64,000 nt of DNA from Minisyncoccota bacterium (GTDB lineage: Bacteria; Patescibacteriota; Minisyncoccia; Phycocordibacterales; UBA9973). Shown here piece after piece: positions 9,136 to 17,882 of this stretch (position 1 is its first letter; each line of letters opens with the position of its first letter). A program made the position numbers and the translations under genes. Location: NCBI GenBank assembly GCA_942491275.1, contig CALNZI010000006.1, positions 9,899-73,898 of the forward strand, read 5' to 3'. A model generated the notes under the pieces. It ran no database searches. It saw nothing but the letters and a program-made list of their open reading frames with translations, and was not told the DNA's origin.

Positions 9136-10107
9136 ATGAAAAAACGATTACTTTCGGGAATTCAACCTTCAGGGACTATCCATTTGGGAAATTACTTTGG
9201 AGCAATCAAGCAATTTGTTGATTTACAAGATCAATATGAGTCTTTTATATTTATTGCTGACTTGCATGCAATAACAACAATTCAAAACAAAGATATTCTC
9301 TCAAAGAATATTTTAGATGTTGCTATGGATTACCTAGCTTGCGGTCTTGATCCTGAGAAAGTTTGTCTTTATAAACAATCAGATGTACCTGAAGTTACAG
9401 AATTGACTTGGTACTTTAATTGTTTAACTACAATGCCTTATTTAGAAAGAGCTACTTCCTATAAGGATGCGGGTATGAAAGCCAAGGAAGTCACAGTTGG
9501 ACTGTTTGATTATCCAATATTAATGGCTTCGGATATTTTAATTCAGGATGCTAATATTGTTCCAGTTGGATCAGATCAGAAGCAACACATTGAATATGCT
9601 CGAGATACGGCTCAGAAATTTAATAATACTTTTGGAGAAGCTTTTATTCTTCCAGAGGCATTAATAATGAAAGAAGTTTCTATTGTTCCTGGAATTGATG
9701 GCAGAAAGATGAGCAAAAGCTATAAGAATATAATTCCTTTATTTGGAACAGATCAGGAAATAAAAAAAGCGGTGATGGGCATTGTAACTGACTCTAAAAG
9801 ACCAGAAGAAAAGAAAGACCCAGAATCCTGCAACATCTTTGCATTGCATAAACTTTTCTTAAAAGGAGAAGATTTAGAAAAATTAAAGAAAAGATATTTA
9901 GAAGGAGGTTTAGGTTACAAAGAATCAAAAGATTTGTTATTGGAAGAAATCATTTCTTTAATTGGTCCCATGCGAGAGAAAAGAAAAGTTTATGAAAATA
10001 ATCCTGAGAAAGTGATAGAAGTTTTGAGAAAAGGAGCTATAAAAGCTAAGAAAAATGCTCAAGAGAAAATAAATATTATTCGTAATAAAGTAGGAATAAA
10101 TATATGA
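9136..10107 (+). CDS. trpS: Tryptophanyl-tRNA synthetase
   Basis: SGIQPSGTIHLGNY (HIGH-type), KMSKS, GSDQKQH. Ends in TGA. Confidence 0.95.
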   Translation: MKKRLLSGIQPSGTIHLGNYFGAIKQFVDLQDQYESFIFIADLHAITTIQNKDILSKNILDVAMDYLACGLDPEKVCLYKQSDVPEVTELTWYFNCLTTMPYLERATSYKDAGMKAKEVTVGLFDYPILMASDILIQDANIVPVGSDQKQHIEYARDTAQKFNNTFGEAFILPEALIMKEVSIVPGIDGRKMSKSYKNIIPLFGTDQEIKKAVMGIVTDSKRPEEKKDPESCNIFALHKLFLKGEDLEKLKKRYLEGGLGYKESKDLLLEEIISLIGPMREKRKVYENNPEKVIEVLRKGAIKAKKNAQEKINIIRNKVGINI

Positions 10108-10313
10108 GATTTGTAATTGCAATCATAATGTTAATATTTGGGTTGATTTATTATCCTTTAAATTCTCTTTATTTAATTACTCAGAAATGGTATTTGCCTA
10201 TGTGGAAGAAGGATAAATTTATCTATTTCGCCTTCGCCCCCTTCTATTGGATAATAGTTGGGTTGACTACCATTATTGCAATTCCATACGAAGAACTTTC
10301 TAAGCATATTTAA
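10104..10313 (+). CDS. Small membrane protein (2 TM), hypothetical
   Basis: 69-aa hydrophobic ORF. ATGA start/stop overlap with trpS. Confidence 0.4.
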   Translation: MRFVIAIIMLIFGLIYYPLNSLYLITQKWYLPMWKKDKFIYFAFAPFYWIIVGLTTIIAIPYEELSKHI

Positions 10314-10333
10314 TTAATTAATTATAAAAAAAC

Positions 10334-11752
10334 ATGACAAACCGTACATACATAAAAGATTTAAAAAATTTAATGGATTCAGAAGTTATTATAGCTGGCT
10401 GGATTGATGTTCGTCGAGATCAAGGGAAGATGATTTTTCTTGATATTCGAGATATGTCTGGAGTTGTGCAGGGAGTCATACTTCCAAATTATACTGAAAC
10501 TTTAGAAGTCGGGAAAACACTTCGCAGTGAGTTCGTTGTAGAAATAAAAGGTAAAATAAACAAAAGACCAGAGAGAAATATTAAAGAAAATGTTTTGAAT
10601 GGTGATCTTGAGCTTGAAATACAAGAAATAAAAATTTTAAATGAAGCTAACACTCCTAATTTTGACGTAACTTCTGATGGAAAAGAAATAGGTGAAGAGC
10701 ATCGTTTAAAATATCGATATCTTGATTTGCGTCGTCCTCGAATGCAAAAAAATATTCGCAATAGACATAAAGTTGTTAAATTTATGCGTGACTTTTTGGA
10801 CGAAGAAGGATTTGTGGAAATTGAAACACCTATACTTTCAAAATCAACAGCCGAAGGAGCTAGAGATTTTATTGTACCTTCAAGATTAGATCCGGGTAAA
10901 TTTTACGCATTACCTCAAGCTCCTCAGCAGTATAAGCAGTTATTGATGGCTTCTGGAATAGAAAAATATTTTCAAATGGCAAAGTGTATGAGAGATGAAG
11001 ATTTAAGAGGAGACCGTCAACCAGAATTTACTCAACTGGACCTAGAAATGAGTTTTGTTGAAAGAGAAGATGTAATGGCTTTAAATGAAAAGCTTTTAAT
11101 TAATATTGTTCAAAAGTTATATCCTGGAAAAGAAATACAAGAAATCCCATTTCCGAGAATTACTTATAAAGATGCTATGGAAAAATATGGTAATGATAGG
11201 CCAGACCTAAGAAAAGATAAGGACAATTCTAACTTATTAGCTTTTTGTTGGGTTATTGATTTTCCTTTCTTTGAGAAAGCTAATAATGAAAATAATCCTC
11301 AGGCGGAAGGGGAATGGACCTTTACCCACAACCCTTTTTCAGCAGCTAAACCAGAATTTCATGATGATTTATTAAATAAAAAAAATATTCCTGATATTTT
11401 AACAGATCAATATGACATTATTTTGAATGGGTCTGAAATAGGAGGTGGTTCAATTAGAAATCATGAACCTGAAGCCCTGCTAGCCGTTTACGATATTATG
11501 GGAGTGAAGAAAGAAACTGTGGAAGAAAATCTTTTTTACATGCTTGAAGCCTTTCGATCAGGAACTCCACCTCATGGAGGAATTGCTTGGGGTTTTGATA
11601 GATTAGTTATGATACTTGAAAATGAACCAAACATTAGAGAAGTTATGGCTTTTCCAAAAAATGGAGAAGGAAAGGATTTAATGATGAATTCACCAAATAC
11701 TGTTTCGGAAAAACAATTAAAAGAATCTGGAATAACAGTAAATAAAAAATAG
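10334..11752 (+). CDS. aspS: Aspartyl-tRNA synthetase, bacterial type lacking the GAD insertion domain
   Basis: OB-fold N-terminus and class-II motifs (FYALPQAPQQYKQLLM, QPEFTQLDLEMSF, GGGSIRNH, GIAWGFDRL). RPDLRKDKDNSNLLAFCWVIDFPFFE joins the two core halves directly. Confidence 0.9.
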   Translation: MTNRTYIKDLKNLMDSEVIIAGWIDVRRDQGKMIFLDIRDMSGVVQGVILPNYTETLEVGKTLRSEFVVEIKGKINKRPERNIKENVLNGDLELEIQEIKILNEANTPNFDVTSDGKEIGEEHRLKYRYLDLRRPRMQKNIRNRHKVVKFMRDFLDEEGFVEIETPILSKSTAEGARDFIVPSRLDPGKFYALPQAPQQYKQLLMASGIEKYFQMAKCMRDEDLRGDRQPEFTQLDLEMSFVEREDVMALNEKLLINIVQKLYPGKEIQEIPFPRITYKDAMEKYGNDRPDLRKDKDNSNLLAFCWVIDFPFFEKANNENNPQAEGEWTFTHNPFSAAKPEFHDDLLNKKNIPDILTDQYDIILNGSEIGGGSIRNHEPEALLAVYDIMGVKKETVEENLFYMLEAFRSGTPPHGGIAWGFDRLVMILENEPNIREVMAFPKNGEGKDLMMNSPNTVSEKQLKESGITVNKK

Positions 11753-11753
11753 T

Positions 11754-12521
11754 ATGGAAGAGGTTCTTTCCCCTATTTATAAAGTAAAAACAGGAGAGTT
11801 TGAAGGCCCCTTAGATTTACTATTGTCTCTTATTGAACAAAGAAAGCTTTTTGTGAATGAAATCTCATTGGCCGAAGTGACAAATGACTACGTTTCCTAT
11901 ATTAAATCAATATCAGGGAATACTCCGGGTAAACAAATTGCCGATGTTTCTTACTTTGTTTTAGTGGCTGCCACTTTAATTTTAATTAAATCTAAATCTT
12001 TATTACCAAATTTAGAATTGACAGAAGATGAAACAGAAAAAATTACAGATCTTGAGCATCGTTTAAATTTATACAGAATAATAAAAAATGCCAGTATTGA
12101 TGTAAAAAATAATTTTGGAACGGAGATAATTTTTTGGCCCAATGATCGAATTTGGAGTGATGGACCTATTTTTACACCAAATGAAATAATAAATGTAAGT
12201 AGTATGGAAAAATCTATTTCTAGCGTTTTACTCAATTTACCCAAAATTGAAGAAAAAAATCCTGAAATAGAAATTAAAAAAGTTATTAATATTGATAAGA
12301 TAATAAATAGCTTAACCGACCGCATACAAAACACCATAAATATTTCTTTTAGAGAATTTTCTAAGAGTCATGGAGCCAGTGATGTTCAAGAAGCGAAAGT
12401 TCATGTTATCGTTTCTTTTTTGGCTATGTTAGAATTAGTTAGAGAGGGAATAATAGATGTTATGCAGAGTACTTCATTCGGTGATATTGAGATGAACAAA
12501 CAAACATTATTAGAGAATTAA
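11754..12521 (+). CDS. scpA: Segregation and condensation protein A
   Basis: FEGPLDLLLSLIEQRKL N-terminal kleisin motif. Followed by scpB. Confidence 0.85.
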   Translation: MEEVLSPIYKVKTGEFEGPLDLLLSLIEQRKLFVNEISLAEVTNDYVSYIKSISGNTPGKQIADVSYFVLVAATLILIKSKSLLPNLELTEDETEKITDLEHRLNLYRIIKNASIDVKNNFGTEIIFWPNDRIWSDGPIFTPNEIINVSSMEKSISSVLLNLPKIEEKNPEIEIKKVINIDKIINSLTDRIQNTINISFREFSKSHGASDVQEAKVHVIVSFLAMLELVREGIIDVMQSTSFGDIEMNKQTLLEN

Positions 12522-12532
12522 ATTAGAATTTT

Positions 12533-13078
12533 ATGTCCATTGAATTAGAATCAAAAATAGAAGGTTTATTGTTTTATAGAGGAGAAGAGGTTCAAAAAAA
12601 AGAATTATCTAGTGTTTTTAAGGTGGAAATAGAAGAAGTGGAAGAGGCTTTAGAAAAGCTTGAAGAAAATCTAAACAATAGAGGTATTGTTTTAGTAAGA
12701 AAAGATGATTCTGTCGTTTTGGGTGTCACCAGTGAATTAAGCTCCCTAATTGAATCCATTAGAAAAGAAGAATTAGATAAAGAGCTTTCCAAGGCCTCTT
12801 TAGAGACTTTGTCTATTATTCTTTATAAAAATGGTATCGCTAGAAGTGAGATAGACTATATTAGAGGAGTTAATTCTAGTTTTATTTTACGGAATTTATT
12901 GATTAGAGGATTAATAGAAAAGGTTGTGGACCGCAAAGATAGTCGACGTGCTCTCTATCGTCCGACTTTTGATACTCTTGCTCACATGGGGGTAAAATCC
13001 ATCCAAGAGCTTCCTAACTATGAAGAAATATCCAATAAATTAAAAGAAAGCTTAAATCAAAAAGAAAAAAATGATTAA
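12533..13078 (+). CDS. scpB: Segregation and condensation protein B
   Basis: IEGLLFYRGEEV start and ETLSIILYKNGIARSEIDYIRGV winged-helix block. Confidence 0.85.
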   Translation: MSIELESKIEGLLFYRGEEVQKKELSSVFKVEIEEVEEALEKLEENLNNRGIVLVRKDDSVVLGVTSELSSLIESIRKEELDKELSKASLETLSIILYKNGIARSEIDYIRGVNSSFILRNLLIRGLIEKVVDRKDSRRALYRPTFDTLAHMGVKSIQELPNYEEISNKLKESLNQKEKND

Positions 13079-14117
13079 TGCAATAAAAATTTTATTACCG
13101 GCAACTTTGAGTTTTATTATTGGTATTTTGATTACACCAATAGCCACTCATTATTTTTATAAGTATAAGATGTGGCGTAAGGTATCTCGAAATGACAATG
13201 TTTCAGACGGAAAATTTAAAGAAATTCATAGTGGGAAAAAGGAAATTTTAACCCCTAGAACTGGAGGAATTATTGTCTGGATGTCAGTTGTCTTTACAGT
13301 TCTTGTTGTTTTATTAATAGAATTAATATTTAAAAATGAATTGAGTAGTAAGTTGCATTTTATAAGCAGGGGCCAAACTCTTTTACCATTTTTTACTCTG
13401 ATTGCAGGTTCTCTAGTTGGATTGGGTGATGATTTTATTCAAATTTTTGGAAAGGGAAGGTGGACTACAGATCCAATTATTTTACGTTATATTAAAATTT
13501 CAGTTATTTTAATTTTAGGTTTAATTATTGGTTGGTGGTTTTTTACTAAATTAGGAATAACAGGAATACACGTTCCTTTTTTAGGTTTTGTAAATCTAAA
13601 ATTTATGTTCATTCCATTCTTTGTTTTAGTCTCAACTAGTTTGTGGTCTTCGAGCGTCATAGATGGGATGGATGGTCTTTCAGGAGGAGTTCTCTCTATA
13701 ATTTTTGGATCCTATGCCTTAATAGCTTTTCTTAATAACCAGTTTGATATTGCAGCCTTCTGTGCAGTTATCACAGGAGCTACTCTAGCTTTTCTTTGGT
13801 TTAATATTCCTCCTGCTAGATTTTATATGGGAGAGACTGGGATGATAGGCTTAACCATTACTCTCGCTGTAATCGCCTTTATGACAGATACAGTCCTACT
13901 TTTGCCAATTATAGCTTTTCCTCTTTTTATTACTTCTCTTTCAACTACTATCCAAATTTTAGGAAGAAGGTGGTTTAATAAAAGGGTTTTTCTTCTTGCT
14001 CCACTTCATCATCATTTTGAGGCTAAGGGTTGGTCAAAATATAAAGTAACTATGCGTTATTGGATCGCAGGATTAATGACTGCAACTATAGGAATTATAA
14101 TTTCTCTTATTAGTTAA
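13071..14117 (+). CDS. mraY: Phospho-N-acetylmuramoyl-pentapeptide transferase
   Basis: Polytopic protein with IDGMDGLSGG and PLHHHFE motifs. Confidence 0.9.
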   Translation: MINAIKILLPATLSFIIGILITPIATHYFYKYKMWRKVSRNDNVSDGKFKEIHSGKKEILTPRTGGIIVWMSVVFTVLVVLLIELIFKNELSSKLHFISRGQTLLPFFTLIAGSLVGLGDDFIQIFGKGRWTTDPIILRYIKISVILILGLIIGWWFFTKLGITGIHVPFLGFVNLKFMFIPFFVLVSTSLWSSSVIDGMDGLSGGVLSIIFGSYALIAFLNNQFDIAAFCAVITGATLAFLWFNIPPARFYMGETGMIGLTITLAVIAFMTDTVLLLPIIAFPLFITSLSTTIQILGRRWFNKRVFLLAPLHHHFEAKGWSKYKVTMRYWIAGLMTATIGIIISLIS

Positions 14118-14138
14118 TTATTTAGTTCTAAAAATTAA

Positions 14139-15242
14139 ATGTATAGAAAAAAGGGAATTGACAAAACTTTCTTTGGAATAATTATAGCTTTAGTGGTAAT
14201 TGGATTGATAATGTTCACTTCAGCTTCTTTGGGGATTCTCGCTAAAAATGAAGCCAAGTTTTATGGTGTTATTTTTAATCAATTAATTTTTGGATTGGCT
14301 GGAGGTTTAGTTGCTCTATATTTTGCCCTAAAAATTCCTTACACATTTTGGCGAAGCTATTCAATGGTTTTTTTTATAATTTCTGTACTGCTGACTCTTC
14401 TTGTTTTTGTTCCTGGTTTTGGTTTTTCTCATGGAGGCGCAAATAGGTGGATAAATGTTTTAGGGATTTCTATTCAACCTGTAGAATTTTTGAAAATAGG
14501 ATTTATTTTTTATTTTGCAGCACTGTTGTCTTTGGCTAAAAATAGAATTCATCAATTCAGATATAGTTTTCTACCCTTTATTTTATTATTGGGAATTATT
14601 TCAGTAATTCTCCTTAAGCAACCAGATACAAAAAGTATTATTTTAATAATTGCTACGGCCTTCATAATGTTATTTGTTTCAGGTGTTTCTTGGAAAAAAA
14701 TTTCAGGTTTATTAATTCTTTGTTTAATCGCTTTCGGTGTTCTGGTTTCTTTTAAACCATACCTTATGAATCGTATTAATACTTTCATAAATCCAAATCA
14801 AGATGGCAGAGGTACCTCCTATCAAATTCAACAATCTTTAATTGCTGTGGGCTCTGGTGGAACATTTGGTAGAGGATTGGGTCAAAGCATTCAAAAATTT
14901 AATTATTTGCCGGAGCCTCAAGGGGATTCAATTTTTGCTGTTATTGGGGAGGAATTTGGTTTCGTTGGGGGAGTTTTGTTGATTATTTTATATATAGCTT
15001 TTGTTTTTAGAGGATACAGAATTGCCTATTATGCCCCGGATTCCTTTGGAAAATTATTGGTAATTGGATTTATTACAATTATTGCGGCTCAATCTTTCAT
15101 GAATATTGCTTCAACCATAGGTGTTTTTCCTTTAACCGGTGTTCCGTTAGTTTTCATAAGCCACGGAGGGACTTCTTTATTTCTTTCTTTAGGAATGATG
15201 GGTATCGTTCTAAATATTTCTAAAAATTCGAAAAAAGCATAA
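14139..15242 (+). CDS. ftsW: SEDS-family peptidoglycan polymerase FtsW/RodA
   Basis: QPVEFLKI, SYQIQQSLIAVGSGG, PEPQGDSIFA motifs. Located between mraY and murG. Confidence 0.85.
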   Translation: MYRKKGIDKTFFGIIIALVVIGLIMFTSASLGILAKNEAKFYGVIFNQLIFGLAGGLVALYFALKIPYTFWRSYSMVFFIISVLLTLLVFVPGFGFSHGGANRWINVLGISIQPVEFLKIGFIFYFAALLSLAKNRIHQFRYSFLPFILLLGIISVILLKQPDTKSIILIIATAFIMLFVSGVSWKKISGLLILCLIAFGVLVSFKPYLMNRINTFINPNQDGRGTSYQIQQSLIAVGSGGTFGRGLGQSIQKFNYLPEPQGDSIFAVIGEEFGFVGGVLLIILYIAFVFRGYRIAYYAPDSFGKLLVIGFITIIAAQSFMNIASTIGVFPLTGVPLVFISHGGTSLFLSLGMMGIVLNISKNSKKA

Positions 15243-15286
15243 AAATACCCTGGAAAAATAAACTTAAATACGTTACAATAATAGAT

Positions 15287-16414
15287 ATGAAAATATTACT
15301 TACAGGAGGGGGGACTGGTGGGCATTTTTACCCATTAATTGCCATTGCTGAAAAATTGATTGAGATTTCTGATGAAAAAAAGATTATTGATCTTCAGCTT
15401 TATTATATGTCAAATGCTCCATATGACAAAAGAATGCTTTTTGAAAATGGAATTAAATTTGTACAGATTCCTGCTGGAAAAATGAGAGGTTATTCTTCTA
15501 TAAAAAACTTTTTTGATATTTTTTCTACTGCGACAGGTTTATTTTTTGGATTACTCAGTATGTTTTTCATATTTCCAGATGTTGTAATTTCTAAGGGAGG
15601 ATATGCTGCTTTTCCAGCAGTTTTTGCCGCGAAAGTTCTAGGGATACCCGTCATTGTCCATGAATCAGATTCTTATCCAGGAAGATTAAATGTTTGGACT
15701 GCTAAGTTTGCAAAACGTGTTGCCATCTCCTGGCCAGAAGCTGGAAATTATTTACCTAAAGAAAAAACGGCTCTAACAGGACAGCCCATCCGTAAAAAAA
15801 TATTAAAAAGAAATCCAAACGGAGCTAAGGAATTCTTTAAATTAAATGAAAATTTACCGGTGATTTTAGTTCTAGGGGGATCTCAAGGTGCTGAAAAAAT
15901 AAATGATAGCATAATAGATGTTATGCCTGAACTATTAAAACGCTATCAAATTATTCACCAAACTGGAATAAAAAATTTTGATGAAGTTGTTTCTAGGGCC
16001 AAACTAGTTATGGAAAATGATTCTAATTTTGTTCACTATAAACCCGTTGCTTATTTAAATGATCTAGACAATAGAATGGCATCAGGGGCCGCTAGTTTAA
16101 TTATTTCTCGAGCAGGTTCTGCTATTTTCGAAATTGCATCTTGGGGTCTACCTTCAATTTTAATTCCAATCACAAATTCTAACGGAGATCATCAAAGAAA
16201 GAATGCTTACAATTATGCAAGAACTGGAGCTTGTGAAGTTATTGAAGAGGGAAATCTCAGTCCACATCTTTTGATAGCTGAAGTAGATAAATTATTGAGT
16301 GATCAAAATAAACTTAATGAGATGAGTAAGGGGGCATTAGATTTTGCTTCTCCTGAAGCACCAAACCAAATAGCCAACGAAGCAATTGAAATTGCTCTCT
16401 CACATCTTAAATAA
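15287..16414 (+). CDS. murG: UDP-GlcNAc:lipid I GlcNAc transferase MurG
   Basis: TGGGTGGHFYP N-terminus and LISRAGSAIFEIA C-terminal block. Confidence 0.9.
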   Translation: MKILLTGGGTGGHFYPLIAIAEKLIEISDEKKIIDLQLYYMSNAPYDKRMLFENGIKFVQIPAGKMRGYSSIKNFFDIFSTATGLFFGLLSMFFIFPDVVISKGGYAAFPAVFAAKVLGIPVIVHESDSYPGRLNVWTAKFAKRVAISWPEAGNYLPKEKTALTGQPIRKKILKRNPNGAKEFFKLNENLPVILVLGGSQGAEKINDSIIDVMPELLKRYQIIHQTGIKNFDEVVSRAKLVMENDSNFVHYKPVAYLNDLDNRMASGAASLIISRAGSAIFEIASWGLPSILIPITNSNGDHQRKNAYNYARTGACEVIEEGNLSPHLLIAEVDKLLSDQNKLNEMSKGALDFASPEAPNQIANEAIEIALSHLK

Positions 16415-16421
16415 TATTATT

Positions 16422-17858
16422 ATGAATATAAATAATAAAAAAGTTGTTACTCGTTTTGCTCCTTCGCCTACAGGTTTTATGCATGTGGGTGGTGTTCGAA
16501 CTGCTCTATATGCTTACCTTTGGGCTAAGAAAAATAAAGGTTCTTTTATTCTAAGAATTGAAGATACTGATAAAGAAAGGGAAGTTGAAGGATCCATTGA
16601 TCATATAATTAAATCATTAAAATGGTTAGGAATAGATTGGAATGAAGGTCCCGATGTTGGAGGTCCAAGTTCTCCTTACCTTCAGTCAGAAAGATTAGAT
16701 TATTATAAAAAATATGCTCAAATTCTAATTGAAAAAGGATTTGCCTATCCTGATCCATATACTCAAAAAGAAATTGAAGAATTTAGAAAAAAAGCTGAAG
16801 AAGAAAAAAGACCTTTTCTGTATCGAGAATATCGACCTGAAAAATTTGAAGAGTGGGATGGAAAGAGACCTCTACGTTTTAAAGTTCCAGAAATAAAAAG
16901 TTATGAATGGAATGATTTAGTATATGGAGATCTTTCTGCTGGACCAGAAGCCCTTGATGATTTTATTTTGATCAAGAGTGATGGTTATCCAACGTACAAT
17001 TTTGCACATATTGTAGATGATATAGAAATGAAAGTAACTCACGTTATGCGCGGGCAAGAATTTATATCTTCTACTCCCAAGTTTTTATCTGTTTATGAAG
17101 CTCTGGGAATAAAACCTCCTCTTTACGCAACACTACCTCCAATTATGGGTGAGGGTGGAAAGAAAAAATTAGGCAAAAGAGATGGGGCAAAGGATGTTTT
17201 AGATTATGAAAAAGAAGGATATTTACCTGAAGCCATGGTTAACTTCTTGGCTCTTCTTGGTTGGAATCCTGGAGACGAAAGGGAAGTATTTAGTATGGAG
17301 CAATTAATAGAAACTTTTGATATTTCTCGGGTGGGACATTCTGGAGCTCAATGGAATGATGATAAGCTTGATTGGGTTAACAAAGAACATTTAAAAAAAT
17401 TATCTCTTGAGGATTTAGAAAAAAATATTTTTTATTACTTACCAGAAGAATTAAGAATCAAAAAATTAATACCTATAATAAGTGAAAGAATTTCAAAATT
17501 TAGTGAAATAAAAGACATGGTAGATAATGATGAACTTGCTTTCTTTTATAAAAAACCTCAATACCAAAAAGAAGGTTTAATTTACAAAAATACTAAGATT
17601 GAAAAAATAAAAGAGGGATTGGAAAAGTCTTTAGCGGTTTTTGATAAAATAGAAGAAAAAAATTTTACTAAAGAAGATATAAAAAATAATTTAATGGAAT
17701 TGGCCAATGATTCAGAAAATAGGGGTGAAATACTTCATCCTGTTCGTTTTGCACTTTCTGGATTAGACAAATCTCCGGATCCATTTATTTTAGCTGACAT
17801 TTTAGGAAAAAAAGAATCTATTTTGAGATTAAATGATGCAATTTCTCTATTAAACTAA
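16422..17858 (+). CDS. gltX: Glutamyl-tRNA synthetase
   Basis: RFAPSPTGFMHVGGVRTALY and KLGKRDG. Start moved to ATG 16422; the track extension overlaps the murG 3' end. Confidence 0.92.
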   Translation: MNINNKKVVTRFAPSPTGFMHVGGVRTALYAYLWAKKNKGSFILRIEDTDKEREVEGSIDHIIKSLKWLGIDWNEGPDVGGPSSPYLQSERLDYYKKYAQILIEKGFAYPDPYTQKEIEEFRKKAEEEKRPFLYREYRPEKFEEWDGKRPLRFKVPEIKSYEWNDLVYGDLSAGPEALDDFILIKSDGYPTYNFAHIVDDIEMKVTHVMRGQEFISSTPKFLSVYEALGIKPPLYATLPPIMGEGGKKKLGKRDGAKDVLDYEKEGYLPEAMVNFLALLGWNPGDEREVFSMEQLIETFDISRVGHSGAQWNDDKLDWVNKEHLKKLSLEDLEKNIFYYLPEELRIKKLIPIISERISKFSEIKDMVDNDELAFFYKKPQYQKEGLIYKNTKIEKIKEGLEKSLAVFDKIEEKNFTKEDIKNNLMELANDSENRGEILHPVRFALSGLDKSPDPFILADILGKKESILRLNDAISLLN

Positions 17859-17882
17859 TAGTATAGTATAATAGATTGATAG

